DNA of 29,963 nucleotides, taken from contig JAZKFH010000078.1 in the NCBI GenBank assembly GCA_040386535.1, forward strand, positions 1 to 29,963, in the 5' to 3' direction. This document shows, piece after piece, positions 19,824 to 28,114 of the stretch. The DNA comes from Myxococcota bacterium (GTDB taxonomy: Bacteria; Myxococcota_A; UBA796; SXON01). The stretch's first letter is position 1, and every line of letters starts with the position of its first letter. A program made the position numbers and the translations under genes. A model generated the notes under the pieces. The model was not told the DNA's origin. It saw only the letters and a program-made list of their open reading frames with translations, and did no database searches.

Positions 19824-20086
19824 ACTCGGGACCTGCCGGTCAGGTGGCGAGTTACGGGACGCCGAGGCTCACAACTCGGGACCTGCCGGTCAGGTGGCGA
19901 GTTACGGGACGTCCAGTCTCACAACTCGGGACCTGCCGGTCAGGTGGCGAGTTACGGGACGCCGGGTCTCACAACTCGGGACCTGACGGTCAGGTGGCGA
20001 GTTGCTGGACGCCCAGTCTCACAACTCGGGACCTGCCGGTCAGGTGGCGAGTTGCGGGACGCCCAGTCTCACAACTCGGGACCTGA
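19806..20086. repeat. 50-bp palindromic tandem array, about 5.6 copies
   Basis: Unit gggacgcccagtctcacaactcgggacctgccggtcaggtggcgagttac at 19806, 19856, 19906, 19956, 20006 and partial at 20056. Confidence 0.95.
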
Positions 20087-20193
20087 CCCCAAAGTCGGCC
20101 GGGCCGCGGTCGGCGCCGCGCCGGAGCTCTCAACTGACGAGGAGCCAGAGGCGCCGGGCACCGCGGCCCACGTTGCCCTTTGGCCACCCCTCC

Positions 20194-21006
20194 TCACAGC
20201 CCTTCGATCGCCCCGTTCGCGCTCTTGAGCGTCGGGCCGGTGATCGTGGCGCCGTTGACCACCACCGTGGCATTGGCGCCCGCCTTGATGCTGTGGGTTC
20301 CGCCCTTGATGCTGCCGCCCTTGATGGTGACAGTTGCGTTTCCGCCGGCGTCGATGCCGATGTCGGCGGTGATGTCCACACCCTCCAACGTCAGGTCACA
20401 GTTGCCGCTGGCCTTGATTGCGGTGCCGGTGACGTTGGCTGTCACGTCCTCGATGACAACCGGGCCGGTGGAGGGACACACGAAGGTGCTGGTGCCATCC
20501 CACGCCGCCGCCTTGGCCGCGGCGGCCGAGCCCGCGGAGCCGCCCGAGCTGACCTCGTAGAGGAGGTAACCGCCGAGTGCGACGAGGATCGCGGCGATGA
20601 GGCCGAAGAAGAACACGGTGAAGATGCATCCGAAGATCCAACCGCTGACCTTCTGGTCGATCTTGCGCTCGATGTCCTTCTGGAGCCGCGATGTGTCGAC
20701 GCTCACGCCGCCCTTGCTCATGTCGATCTGCACACCGCCCACCTTGGCGCGCACTCCCATGTTGGAGGCGCGCTCGGCGAAGGCGTTTCTCGTGGCGGTC
20801 ATCGGGTCGGGCGGCATCACCGGGCCTCCCGCGGGGCCCGCGAAGCCGACCCCCACGGCGAACAGCGCGGGATCGGTGCCGGCCGGGATCTGCACCGCGG
20901 TGAGCTTGCCGCCGTACGTCATGTAGAGCGATTGGCAGCCCTTGCAGCGCGCATAGGAGCCGTTGGGCGAGGTCTCGACCGCACCACCGCAAGAAGGACA
21001 GGTCAT
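20194..21006 (-). CDS. Hypothetical membrane protein: N-terminal zinc ribbon, one TM, C-terminal beta-helix-like region
   Basis: CPSC..CKGC; WIFGCIFTVFFFGLIAAILVALGGYLLY; repeated AGGNATV/AGANATV strands; GGAG RBS. Confidence 0.75.
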   Translation of the reverse strand: MTCPSCGGAVETSPNGSYARCKGCQSLYMTYGGKLTAVQIPAGTDPALFAVGVGFAGPAGGPVMPPDPMTATRNAFAERASNMGVRAKVGGVQIDMSKGGVSVDTSRLQKDIERKIDQKVSGWIFGCIFTVFFFGLIAAILVALGGYLLYEVSSGGSAGSAAAAKAAAWDGTSTFVCPSTGPVVIEDVTANVTGTAIKASGNCDLTLEGVDITADIGIDAGGNATVTIKGGSIKGGTHSIKAGANATVVVNGATITGPTLKSANGAIEGL

Positions 21007-21285
21007 CAGGGCTCCGTGGACGAGCGAGGATGCGCCGACGATGGCGAGGACGCAAGGGCCTGTTCAGCAATCGTCGTGCCCGGGGTTCGTCGTGTGGTGG
21101 GCCGGCGCGGCACGGGTGGGCGAAGCTTTTCCGTTTGCACCGACGCGCGCGCATCGGGCGCGCATGCGCGCGCATCGGTTGGCCGACGCGTCGATTGGAT
21201 AGCGGCCGCGCTAGTGGACACACTCTCCGCGGTGCAATCGGCGTGCCACGCCCGGCGGCGTATCTTCTCGTTCCGGGAGCCCCCG

Positions 21286-22107
21286 ATGTTCACGCCGCTG
21301 CTCCTCCTCGTGGCCTGCACCACTGGGGCCGAGGGCCCGTCGACGCCGGAGCCCGTGGTCGAGCCCGCCTGGGAGCCCCCGGCCTGCGAGGGCCTGGTGC
21401 GCCCGCGGACGTTCGTCGACACCGCCGACGTGGTGCAGCTCGGCGAAATGCTGCGCGTGTTCCCCCAGAACGAGGAGCGGGACGCGCTCGCGTCCATGTC
21501 GTACGGCGGCGACGACCTCACGCTCCCGGGGGCGTGCCCAGCCGTCCTGGCCGATCAGCCGCTCACCGGCATCACGACGATCGCGGCGACGGGCGGGTGC
21601 ACGGCGGCGTCCAGCGCAACGTACGCGGGCGCGCTCACCTGGTTGGGCGAGGCCGGCGCGGACACCTCGTTCACGCGGGTGGAGGCTGACGATTGGGCGG
21701 TCTTTGCCGATGGGGTGGAGCTCGCGATCGACGGGACCTTCCACCGCGAATACGGCCCCACGAGATGGTCCGCGTCGGCGTCGGGCTCGTTCCGTACCAC
21801 CCGAACAGACGGCCCTGGCTCCGAGGACGACGGCGTGCGGCCCGTCGACCTGACGGCGACTTGGGAGCGAGCGTGCACGATCGACGGCGGCTGCGCGGGG
21901 CACGGTGTCTTCTCGGTGGCCGCGGGCGGGCGCGACGCGGGCGACTTCTGCTGGGACCAGCTGGGCACCGCCGAGGGGGGCGTCTACCCAAGTGTCACCG
22001 TGCTCACGGGTGCCAACGAGGCGCGGATCGTGGTGTACGGGACCGACGCGTGTCACGGCGTGTACATCGATGGCGTCGAGGTGGGCGAATGGTGCGCGAT
22101 GCCGTGA
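21286..22107 (+). CDS. Hypothetical Cys-rich lipoprotein
   Basis: MFTPLLLLVAC start with GGAG upstream; GC3-biased frame. Confidence 0.72.
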   Translation: MFTPLLLLVACTTGAEGPSTPEPVVEPAWEPPACEGLVRPRTFVDTADVVQLGEMLRVFPQNEERDALASMSYGGDDLTLPGACPAVLADQPLTGITTIAATGGCTAASSATYAGALTWLGEAGADTSFTRVEADDWAVFADGVELAIDGTFHREYGPTRWSASASGSFRTTRTDGPGSEDDGVRPVDLTATWERACTIDGGCAGHGVFSVAAGGRDAGDFCWDQLGTAEGGVYPSVTVLTGANEARIVVYGTDACHGVYIDGVEVGEWCAMP

Positions 22108-22370
22108 GCGCCTGACATTGTGGGCGCACCCTGCGCGGACGCAGGGCCGGGTGTCTTGCGGGGTCGGGCTCCGCCCTCCGTCGGCCGGCTGCGGGCCGGC
22201 CGACTGGCGCGGGCCGGCGACGTCGACGCGGCCTTCGGCCCGGGCGCGCACGGGGCCCGCGCCACCCTCCAGCCTCCCTTGCGCGGGGCGGTGTTGGGCT
22301 TCGGAGTGCGGGGGTGTGTCGTCCAAGTGATCGGGCGGAGGGCGCCGGTGTCGTGCGCGTTCGGGAGCCG

Positions 22371-22550
22371 CGAATCGGCCAGATCGGGGGTGACCTGGCG
22401 CAGGCCCCCCCTCCGATGGCCGATCGAGGAGTGCGAATCGGCCAGATCGGGGGTGACCTGGCGCAGGTCCCCCCTCGAATGGCCGATTTAGTAGGCCGAA
22501 TCGGCCAGATCGGGGGTGAGCTGGCGCAGGTCCCCCCTTGAATGGCCGAT
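22371..22550. repeat. Three 54-bp palindromic repeats with 9-bp variable spacers (63-bp period)
   Basis: cgaatcggccagatcgggggtgacctggcgcaggtcccccctcgaatggccgat-like copies at 22371, 22434, 22497; spacers cgaggagtg and ttagtaggc. Confidence 0.93.
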
Positions 22551-22682
22551 CGTGGTGAGCCGGAGGCGGGCGCTCGAGGCACGCGAAGAGGACGTGGACC
22601 CTCCACCCGACGGCCGCGCGGCAGCAGGGCCAGACGATCGGTGAGCAGAATCGGGATAGGCCGTGCGAGCCCGGGGGGTTGA

Positions 22683-23339
22683 TTGGGGATTTTCAGCTGC
22701 GAGAAGCACGGTCTGCAGGGGTTCTGGGAGGTCTGCTCACATGTGGGCGTCGCCCTGGATGCGGGGGTCGTATTGCCCAGCCAGCAACTGCTTCACGTCC
22801 ACGTCTGCTCGACGTGCGTTGAGGACCTCGATCTGCTGCGATTCGTGGACGAAGAGTGGCCGAAGTGGAGCGACGCGGCGCACAGCTGCTACTCCCAACT
22901 CAACGCCGCGGCGGACTTCTTCTGCGCCGAATGTGTGGCGGCAGTCCAGCTGGCTTTCGCGCGAACGCAGGGCATGCCCGATCCCTTCATTCCGTACGAG
23001 CGCACGGTGACCTCCCAACAGCGCGAGGTGCTCGATCAGCTGGTAGCGGGCCTGGAGCGGGCCTTTGCCTTCCGGGAGTCGATTGTCGAGCCTGGCCGTA
23101 GCGCCTTGGTTGTGCACCAGGGCGCGCTCACCCACCCGCTCTCCATCACGATCTCCTACGTCACGGATCCCGCCGAGCAGGACGCCATCCTGGGCTGGAT
23201 CGATGCCTTCCTGGCGGACACGACACACCGCCAGTACCGCGCGGAGTTCTACGCGTTCGAGGACTGGAAGGTGGAGGAGTCCGGGGGCGCGTGCCGCGGG
23301 CCGGAGCGGGCGCACGAGGCGGGACCGCCGCGCTGGTAG
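22683..23339 (+). CDS. Hypothetical Cys/His-rich protein
   Basis: TTG start; CEKH..CSH..CSTC..CAEC; natural-looking amino acid composition; less GC-rich than neighbours by eye. Confidence 0.6.
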   Translation: MGIFSCEKHGLQGFWEVCSHVGVALDAGVVLPSQQLLHVHVCSTCVEDLDLLRFVDEEWPKWSDAAHSCYSQLNAAADFFCAECVAAVQLAFARTQGMPDPFIPYERTVTSQQREVLDQLVAGLERAFAFRESIVEPGRSALVVHQGALTHPLSITISYVTDPAEQDAILGWIDAFLADTTHRQYRAEFYAFEDWKVEESGGACRGPERAHEAGPPRW

Positions 23340-23532
23340 ACGAGTGCGTGGGCGCGACGCCACCCGCGGCCGCCCCGCCCGAGCGCCACCCCCGCGCCAG
23401 GGGGGCCGGAGCGGGGCCGCTCGGCGGCCAGTCCCGCGCCGCCGCGGCGCGGACCGCGGCGCTCGCGCCGCGCGCGGAGGACACCCGCCCGCCCGCGTCC
23501 GCGCGGGCGGGGGCGCCGAGGATCCTCGCGCG

Positions 23533-24096
23533 CTACCCCACCCCACGCCCCAGCACCCACGCCCCGAACAGCGCGAACAGGAGCGCGGCGAAGTAGCGGG
23601 CCTTCTGGAGGTCGACGCGGCCGCCGAGGCGGTCGGCGACGAGCACGACGGGCACGTTGGCGAGCAGCATCCCGATCGTGGTGCCGAGGACCACGGCCGC
23701 GGTCTGGCCGGGGTGCGCGGCGGCGAGGCCGACGGTGGCGAGCTGGGTCTTGTCACCCATCTCGGCGACGAAGAAGCTCACCAGCGTCGCGACGAACGCG
23801 CCGTAGGGGCTCGGGGTGTCGGCGCCGTCGAGCTTGTCGGGGACGAGCGTCCACGCGGCCATGCCGAGAAAGCCGAGGCCCACGATCCAGCGCAGGGCGA
23901 CCGGGCCGATCCACGCGCCGACCTGGGCGCCGACGAGGCCGGCGAGGGCGTGGTTGAGGATCGTCGCGACGAAGATGCCCGCGATGATCGGCACCGGGCG
24001 CCGGTAGCGGGTGGCGAGGACGAGCGCGAGGAGCTGGGTCTTGTCGCCGATCTCGGCGAGGGCGACCGCGGCGGTCGAGGTCAGCAGCGCTTGCAT
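23533..24096 (-). CDS. TMEM165/GDT1 (UPF0016) family putative Mn2+ exporter
   Basis: Two signature motifs AEIGDKTQ and AEMGDKTQ. Confidence 0.92.
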   Translation of the reverse strand: MQALLTSTAAVALAEIGDKTQLLALVLATRYRRPVPIIAGIFVATILNHALAGLVGAQVGAWIGPVALRWIVGLGFLGMAAWTLVPDKLDGADTPSPYGAFVATLVSFFVAEMGDKTQLATVGLAAAHPGQTAAVVLGTTIGMLLANVPVVLVADRLGGRVDLQKARYFAALLFALFGAWVLGRGVG

Positions 24097-24159
24097 GGGG
24101 GGCTCCGGGCCGGGAGACACGACGGGACGCGAGCCCCCGCCCGGCCGGATCGGAGGTCG

Positions 24160-24300
24160 CGCCCGTGGTCTCACCCCCACCCGAAACGATTCGGGCTGGA
24201 TGGCGCCATGGAGCCGAAGCTCCAAGTTTGTTGACGCCACCCCCGCTCACGTCCGCGCTCGGACGAGCCGGCGGTGGCGGTGGGCTACTCCCCAAGGACG
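24160..24300 (-). ncRNA. yybP-ykoY manganese riboswitch
   Basis: Minus strand cgtccttGGGGAGTAGcc...CGTCAACA...GTGAGACCAcgggcg directly upstream of the UPF0016 gene. Confidence 0.88.
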
Positions 24301-24390
24301 CCCTCGACGTAGCGTGGCGGCGGGCGGAGGGCCAGGGGGCGGCCGGCTCCCCGCGCAGCGACGGCATAGAAGGACCCAGCAGAGGCCCCC

Positions 24391-24882
24391 ATGCCCACCA
24401 CCGCCGTCGACGCCGCCCTCGATCCCGCCCAGACCCCCGCGCTCGACCCGCGCAAGCTCACCGCGGCGCAGTGGCGCACGATCCTCACGCCCACCGAGTA
24501 CGCGATCCTTCGCGAGTCCGCGACCGAGCGGGCCGGAAGCGGCCGCTACCTCGACGATCCGGGCCCCGGCGCGTTCCACTGCGCGGGCTGCGGCAACCGC
24601 CTGTACGGCGCGGCGCACAAGTTCCACTCGGGGTGCGGGTGGCCGTCGTTCTTCCAGGAGGTCGAGCCGGGCGCTCTGGAGGTGCATCGCGACGTGACGT
24701 TCGGCATGGTCCGCACCGAGATGCGCTGCGCGCGTTGCGGCGGGCACCTCGGCCACATCTTCGACGACGCGCCGCAGACGCCTACCGGCAAGCGTCACTG
24801 CGTGAACGGGTACGCCGTGGTGCACGTGCCCGAGGGCGAAGCCACGGCCGCTGCGTTCGCCCGCCACCGTCGCGCGGGCTAG
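24391..24882 (+). CDS. msrB: Peptide-methionine (R)-S-oxide reductase
   Basis: TERAGSG, CAGC, KFHSGCGWPSF, RTEMRCARCGGHLGHIFDD, RHCVN. Confidence 0.96.
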   Translation: MPTTAVDAALDPAQTPALDPRKLTAAQWRTILTPTEYAILRESATERAGSGRYLDDPGPGAFHCAGCGNRLYGAAHKFHSGCGWPSFFQEVEPGALEVHRDVTFGMVRTEMRCARCGGHLGHIFDDAPQTPTGKRHCVNGYAVVHVPEGEATAAAFARHRRAG

Positions 24883-24904
24883 GCGTTCGCCCGCCGGCTC
24901 AAAG

Positions 24905-25693
24905 ATGGCTCAAACCCCGCTCGCGCACGCCTACGCCACCCTGGGGCTCGCCCCGGACGCCTCCGAGGAGGACATCAAGAAGGCGTGGCGCGCCGTGGCG
25001 AAGGCGACGCACCCGGACCTGAACCCCGACGACCCGGACGCCACCCGCCGCTTCCGCGAGGCCGAGGCCGCCCACGCGCTCCTCACCGATCCGGCCCGCC
25101 GCGCCGCCGGAGCCCTCCCGCCGCGCCAGGGCCCGGACGACGACTGGATCGACGGCTGCGCGTGGATGGCCGAGGCCCACCTGATCCGCTTGCGTCGCGA
25201 GATCCTGCCCCGCTACGCGGCGCGCCACCGCGGCGGCCCGTCGCTGGTTACCGCGCTCGCGGAGAACGCCAACCGCGGCCTCGCGGAGCACGCGCCCGGC
25301 GAGGTGCCGTCGCGCTGGGCGCGCGCGTGGGCCTGGTACCTGTGGCGCAACATCGAGCTCGTGGTGGACGACGGCCCGTCGATGACCCGCGGCCCCATCG
25401 GGCTGGTGCGCGTGGGGTCCCGCATCCGCATCGTGTTGTGGCCGCGCGCGCTGTGGGTGCAGGGAGTCCGCGACGACGACGTGCTCCGCACGATCGTGCA
25501 GCGGAGCGTCGATCTGGGCGTGGCCGCCGCGGCCCCGGAGGTGCTCGGCGTCGCGATGCCCGCGAAGTGGCCCTACGACGACGCCGACCGGTGGTGGTGG
25601 GCGGGGAAGTTGTTCTGGCCGGTGGTGCTGGTGCTGGTCGGGATCTTCTCGGTGTTCCTCATCGCCACCGGGATGCGGGCGGGGGCGCGGTAG
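24905..25693 (+). CDS. J-domain (DnaJ-like) protein with C-terminal TM segment
   Basis: YATLGL...IKKAWR...THPDLN...F.....AH.LL.DP.RR; hydrophobic C-terminus. Confidence 0.85.
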   Translation: MAQTPLAHAYATLGLAPDASEEDIKKAWRAVAKATHPDLNPDDPDATRRFREAEAAHALLTDPARRAAGALPPRQGPDDDWIDGCAWMAEAHLIRLRREILPRYAARHRGGPSLVTALAENANRGLAEHAPGEVPSRWARAWAWYLWRNIELVVDDGPSMTRGPIGLVRVGSRIRIVLWPRALWVQGVRDDDVLRTIVQRSVDLGVAAAAPEVLGVAMPAKWPYDDADRWWWAGKLFWPVVLVLVGIFSVFLIATGMRAGAR

Positions 25694-25721
25694 CGCGTCG
25701 GGGTAGGGGGCGCCCCGCCGC

Positions 25722-28004
25722 TCAGAGCGCCTCGAACCGCGCCGTCAGGACCGTGTCTCCGTCCATCGGCACCGTGATCGTGGGGGCGGCGCCCAGGCCG
25801 TCGTCCCACCCGGTGAAGACCCAGCCCTCGGTGGGCTCCGCCGTGAGCGTGACGGGCACGCCCTGGTAGTAGCGGCCGTCGAACGGTGCGTCGACGGTCA
25901 CGACGGCGAGGTGGAAGGCGCCGGCGCCCGCGGGCTCGGCCCGGAGGGAGAGCGCGGCGTGGCCTGGCAGGCCGAGGGCGGCGCGGAGCGTCTCGTCCAC
26001 GGCGTCGTCCCGGTTGTCGGCAAACACCTGCGCGTAGAGGACGGAGGCCTCCCACGCGGGCATCGTGGCGCCGCCGCACCAGCGCTCGCGTTGTTTCGCC
26101 ATGACGGGCCGCACCTCGTCGGCGAAGGCGGTCAGGCGCGCGGTCGCGACGTCCCCCGCGAAGGAGGTGTTGAGGAAGTCGGCGTGGATGTTGACGAAGC
26201 GGTCGCGGAACGCAGGGTTGGCGAGCGCCGCGCCGATGGGGAGGCCCTTCCAGGAGCCGCCGACGGTCACGCCGAGGTGGTCGAAGCGCCAGTCGGGCCA
26301 GCCGTGGCCGAAGTCGTAGACCATCCACCGGAAGCGCCCGTCGCCGCCGGCCACGGGGCTGCGCGGCCGCCACATGCGGATGTTGTTGCCCCACCAGTCG
26401 GAGTTGCCGATCCAGCCGTGCGCGACGTTGGCGGCGATGAAGTTGTCGACATCGACGAGGGTCTCGAACGCGGCGTAGGCGGCGGGGTCGGACAGGTCGG
26501 TGGCGGCGAGCGCCTCGAGCGCGTCGAACGCCTCCCACGTGCCCTGCTCCAGCTCCCAGTTCGCGTCGTGGGTCCAGCCGAGCTTCACGCGGTCGAGGTC
26601 GTCGGGATCCTCGCCGTGGTGGCTGGCGATGTAGCCCTCGTCGAGCCGCTCCTTGAGCTCGTAGAGACCCCAAAACGCCCCGTTGATGTAGACGAGGGCG
26701 GGCTCGTAGGCCTGGGCATCCACGGCGGCGTTACGATGGCCGTCGGGGTCGCGGAAGAGGGACTGGACCGTGGCGTCGACCAGCTGCGTGCCGCACCAGT
26801 CGCCGCCGTTGCGCAGGTAGAGCCGCTTGAACGAGGCGATCGTCTCGTCGCCGAACAGCGGGGCGTCGAACGCGTCAGGGCCGTACCCCGAGCGGGACAC
26901 CAGCTCGAGGTTGCGTTGGGCGAACGCGCGGCTGTAGCCGCCGGCGATCTGGATGCCCGCGTCCTGATCGACCACACGCTCGCCGCCCGGCGCGAACACC
27001 TCGACGTGCACGTCCCGCTCCAGCACCTTCCAGAAGTTGGCGCCGAAGTAGGGATAGTTGGGCTCGGCGTCGGGGCCGTACTCGTAGATGCCGGTGGTGG
27101 TGTCGAACAGGTCGGGCGGGTTGGCGGTGAGCGACACGATCCGCACGCCGGACGCGGCGAGGGTGCTGTCCTCGGAGTAGGTCGCCGTCGTGATGCGGCT
27201 GGGCCACAGTCCGTCCTCGAAGGCGCGGGCGCGCACGACGACGGGGGTGGCCGCGGCGTCGACGTCGAGCGCGCGAGGGAAGGAGCGGCTCGCCTCGTCG
27301 GGCGGCGTACCGTCGAGCGTGTAGCGCACCTCCGTGCCCGTGGCGCTCACGACGGCGTCGGCGTGGAAGCCGCCCGCGGGCGAGAGCACGGGCACGTCCG
27401 CGAAGCCGGGGCGTGACTCGGTGGTGTTGGCGGCGCCCGGCGTGGCGACGAGGAAGTACGCCCACGCGCCGGCGTCGGTGTCGCTGTCGGTGCGCCCGTA
27501 GGCCACGTCCGCGTAGAGGCGCCCGGTGTCGACGTGATCGGCCACGCAGCCGTCGGGCATGCGCAGGAACAGGGGCTCGCCGAGGGCGTCGAGGCCGAAG
27601 TCGGCGTGCAGTTCGTCGCCCGCGCGGTCCTTGCCGGAGGCCCAGATGACGAGGGGCGCGGAGGCGTCGAGCGTGCGGGCGGGGAGGAGCCAGCCGGGCG
27701 CGTCGTCGTCGTCGTCGTCGTTGCTGTCGGAGAGCGTCCAGCCGGAGAGGTCGACCGCGGCGGCGCCGGCGGGGAGGGCGAGCTCGATCCAGTCGGAGGT
27801 GTCGCCGTCGGCGTCGGTCGCGCCGTGATGGTTGGCGGCGACCACCTCGTTCAGCCGCACGGGGGGCGCGTCGTCGCAGGCGACCCAGTCGGGGGCGGTG
27901 TCGCGGGGGCTCGTGTCGCCGGGGAGGGTCTCGACCTCCTCGCGCTCACGCTCGGGGCGGAGCTCGATCGGGGGGGCGGGCGCGCAGGCGAGGAAGAGCC
28001 ACAT
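25722..28004 (-). CDS. CotH kinase family protein with lamin-tail, Fn3-associated-like and C-terminal B-repeat-like domains
   Basis: LNEVVAAN..DWIEL; VRYTLDGTPP; GGYSR, YINGAFWGLYELKER, DWWGNN, RWMVYDF; LTAEP.EGWVFTGW. Confidence 0.88.
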   Translation of the reverse strand: MWLFLACAPAPPIELRPEREREEVETLPGDTSPRDTAPDWVACDDAPPVRLNEVVAANHHGATDADGDTSDWIELALPAGAAAVDLSGWTLSDSNDDDDDDAPGWLLPARTLDASAPLVIWASGKDRAGDELHADFGLDALGEPLFLRMPDGCVADHVDTGRLYADVAYGRTDSDTDAGAWAYFLVATPGAANTTESRPGFADVPVLSPAGGFHADAVVSATGTEVRYTLDGTPPDEASRSFPRALDVDAAATPVVVRARAFEDGLWPSRITTATYSEDSTLAASGVRIVSLTANPPDLFDTTTGIYEYGPDAEPNYPYFGANFWKVLERDVHVEVFAPGGERVVDQDAGIQIAGGYSRAFAQRNLELVSRSGYGPDAFDAPLFGDETIASFKRLYLRNGGDWCGTQLVDATVQSLFRDPDGHRNAAVDAQAYEPALVYINGAFWGLYELKERLDEGYIASHHGEDPDDLDRVKLGWTHDANWELEQGTWEAFDALEALAATDLSDPAAYAAFETLVDVDNFIAANVAHGWIGNSDWWGNNIRMWRPRSPVAGGDGRFRWMVYDFGHGWPDWRFDHLGVTVGGSWKGLPIGAALANPAFRDRFVNIHADFLNTSFAGDVATARLTAFADEVRPVMAKQRERWCGGATMPAWEASVLYAQVFADNRDDAVDETLRAALGLPGHAALSLRAEPAGAGAFHLAVVTVDAPFDGRYYQGVPVTLTAEPTEGWVFTGWDDGLGAAPTITVPMDGDTVLTARFEAL

Positions 28005-28114
28005 CGGAAGGAGCTAACGCACGCGGCTCGTTCGCACGGTGGCGGCGCCGCGCCAAGGGCGCGGAGGGCAGCCGTCCCGGACGGTTGGCCCGCCCGGCCC
28101 GCTATACTCGCCCC

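Noticed and set aside
19821..19860. Integron attC interpretation (AAC...GTT ends)
   Set aside because: Only 25 nt lie between AAC and GTT, shorter than known attC sites; no cassette ORFs between copies and no integrase.
19630..20228. ORFs with repeated peptides running through the 50-bp array
   Set aside because: The period is not a multiple of 3, so the same peptides appear in all frames; shadow ORFs.
19806..22550. CRISPR interpretation of the 50-bp and 63-bp arrays
   Set aside because: Variable segments are only 5-9 nt, the repeats are long, and no cas genes are present in the window.
27702..27720. (GTC)n run in the CotH gene as a phase-variable tract
   Set aside because: Trinucleotide repeat encoding poly-Asp; length changes would keep the frame.
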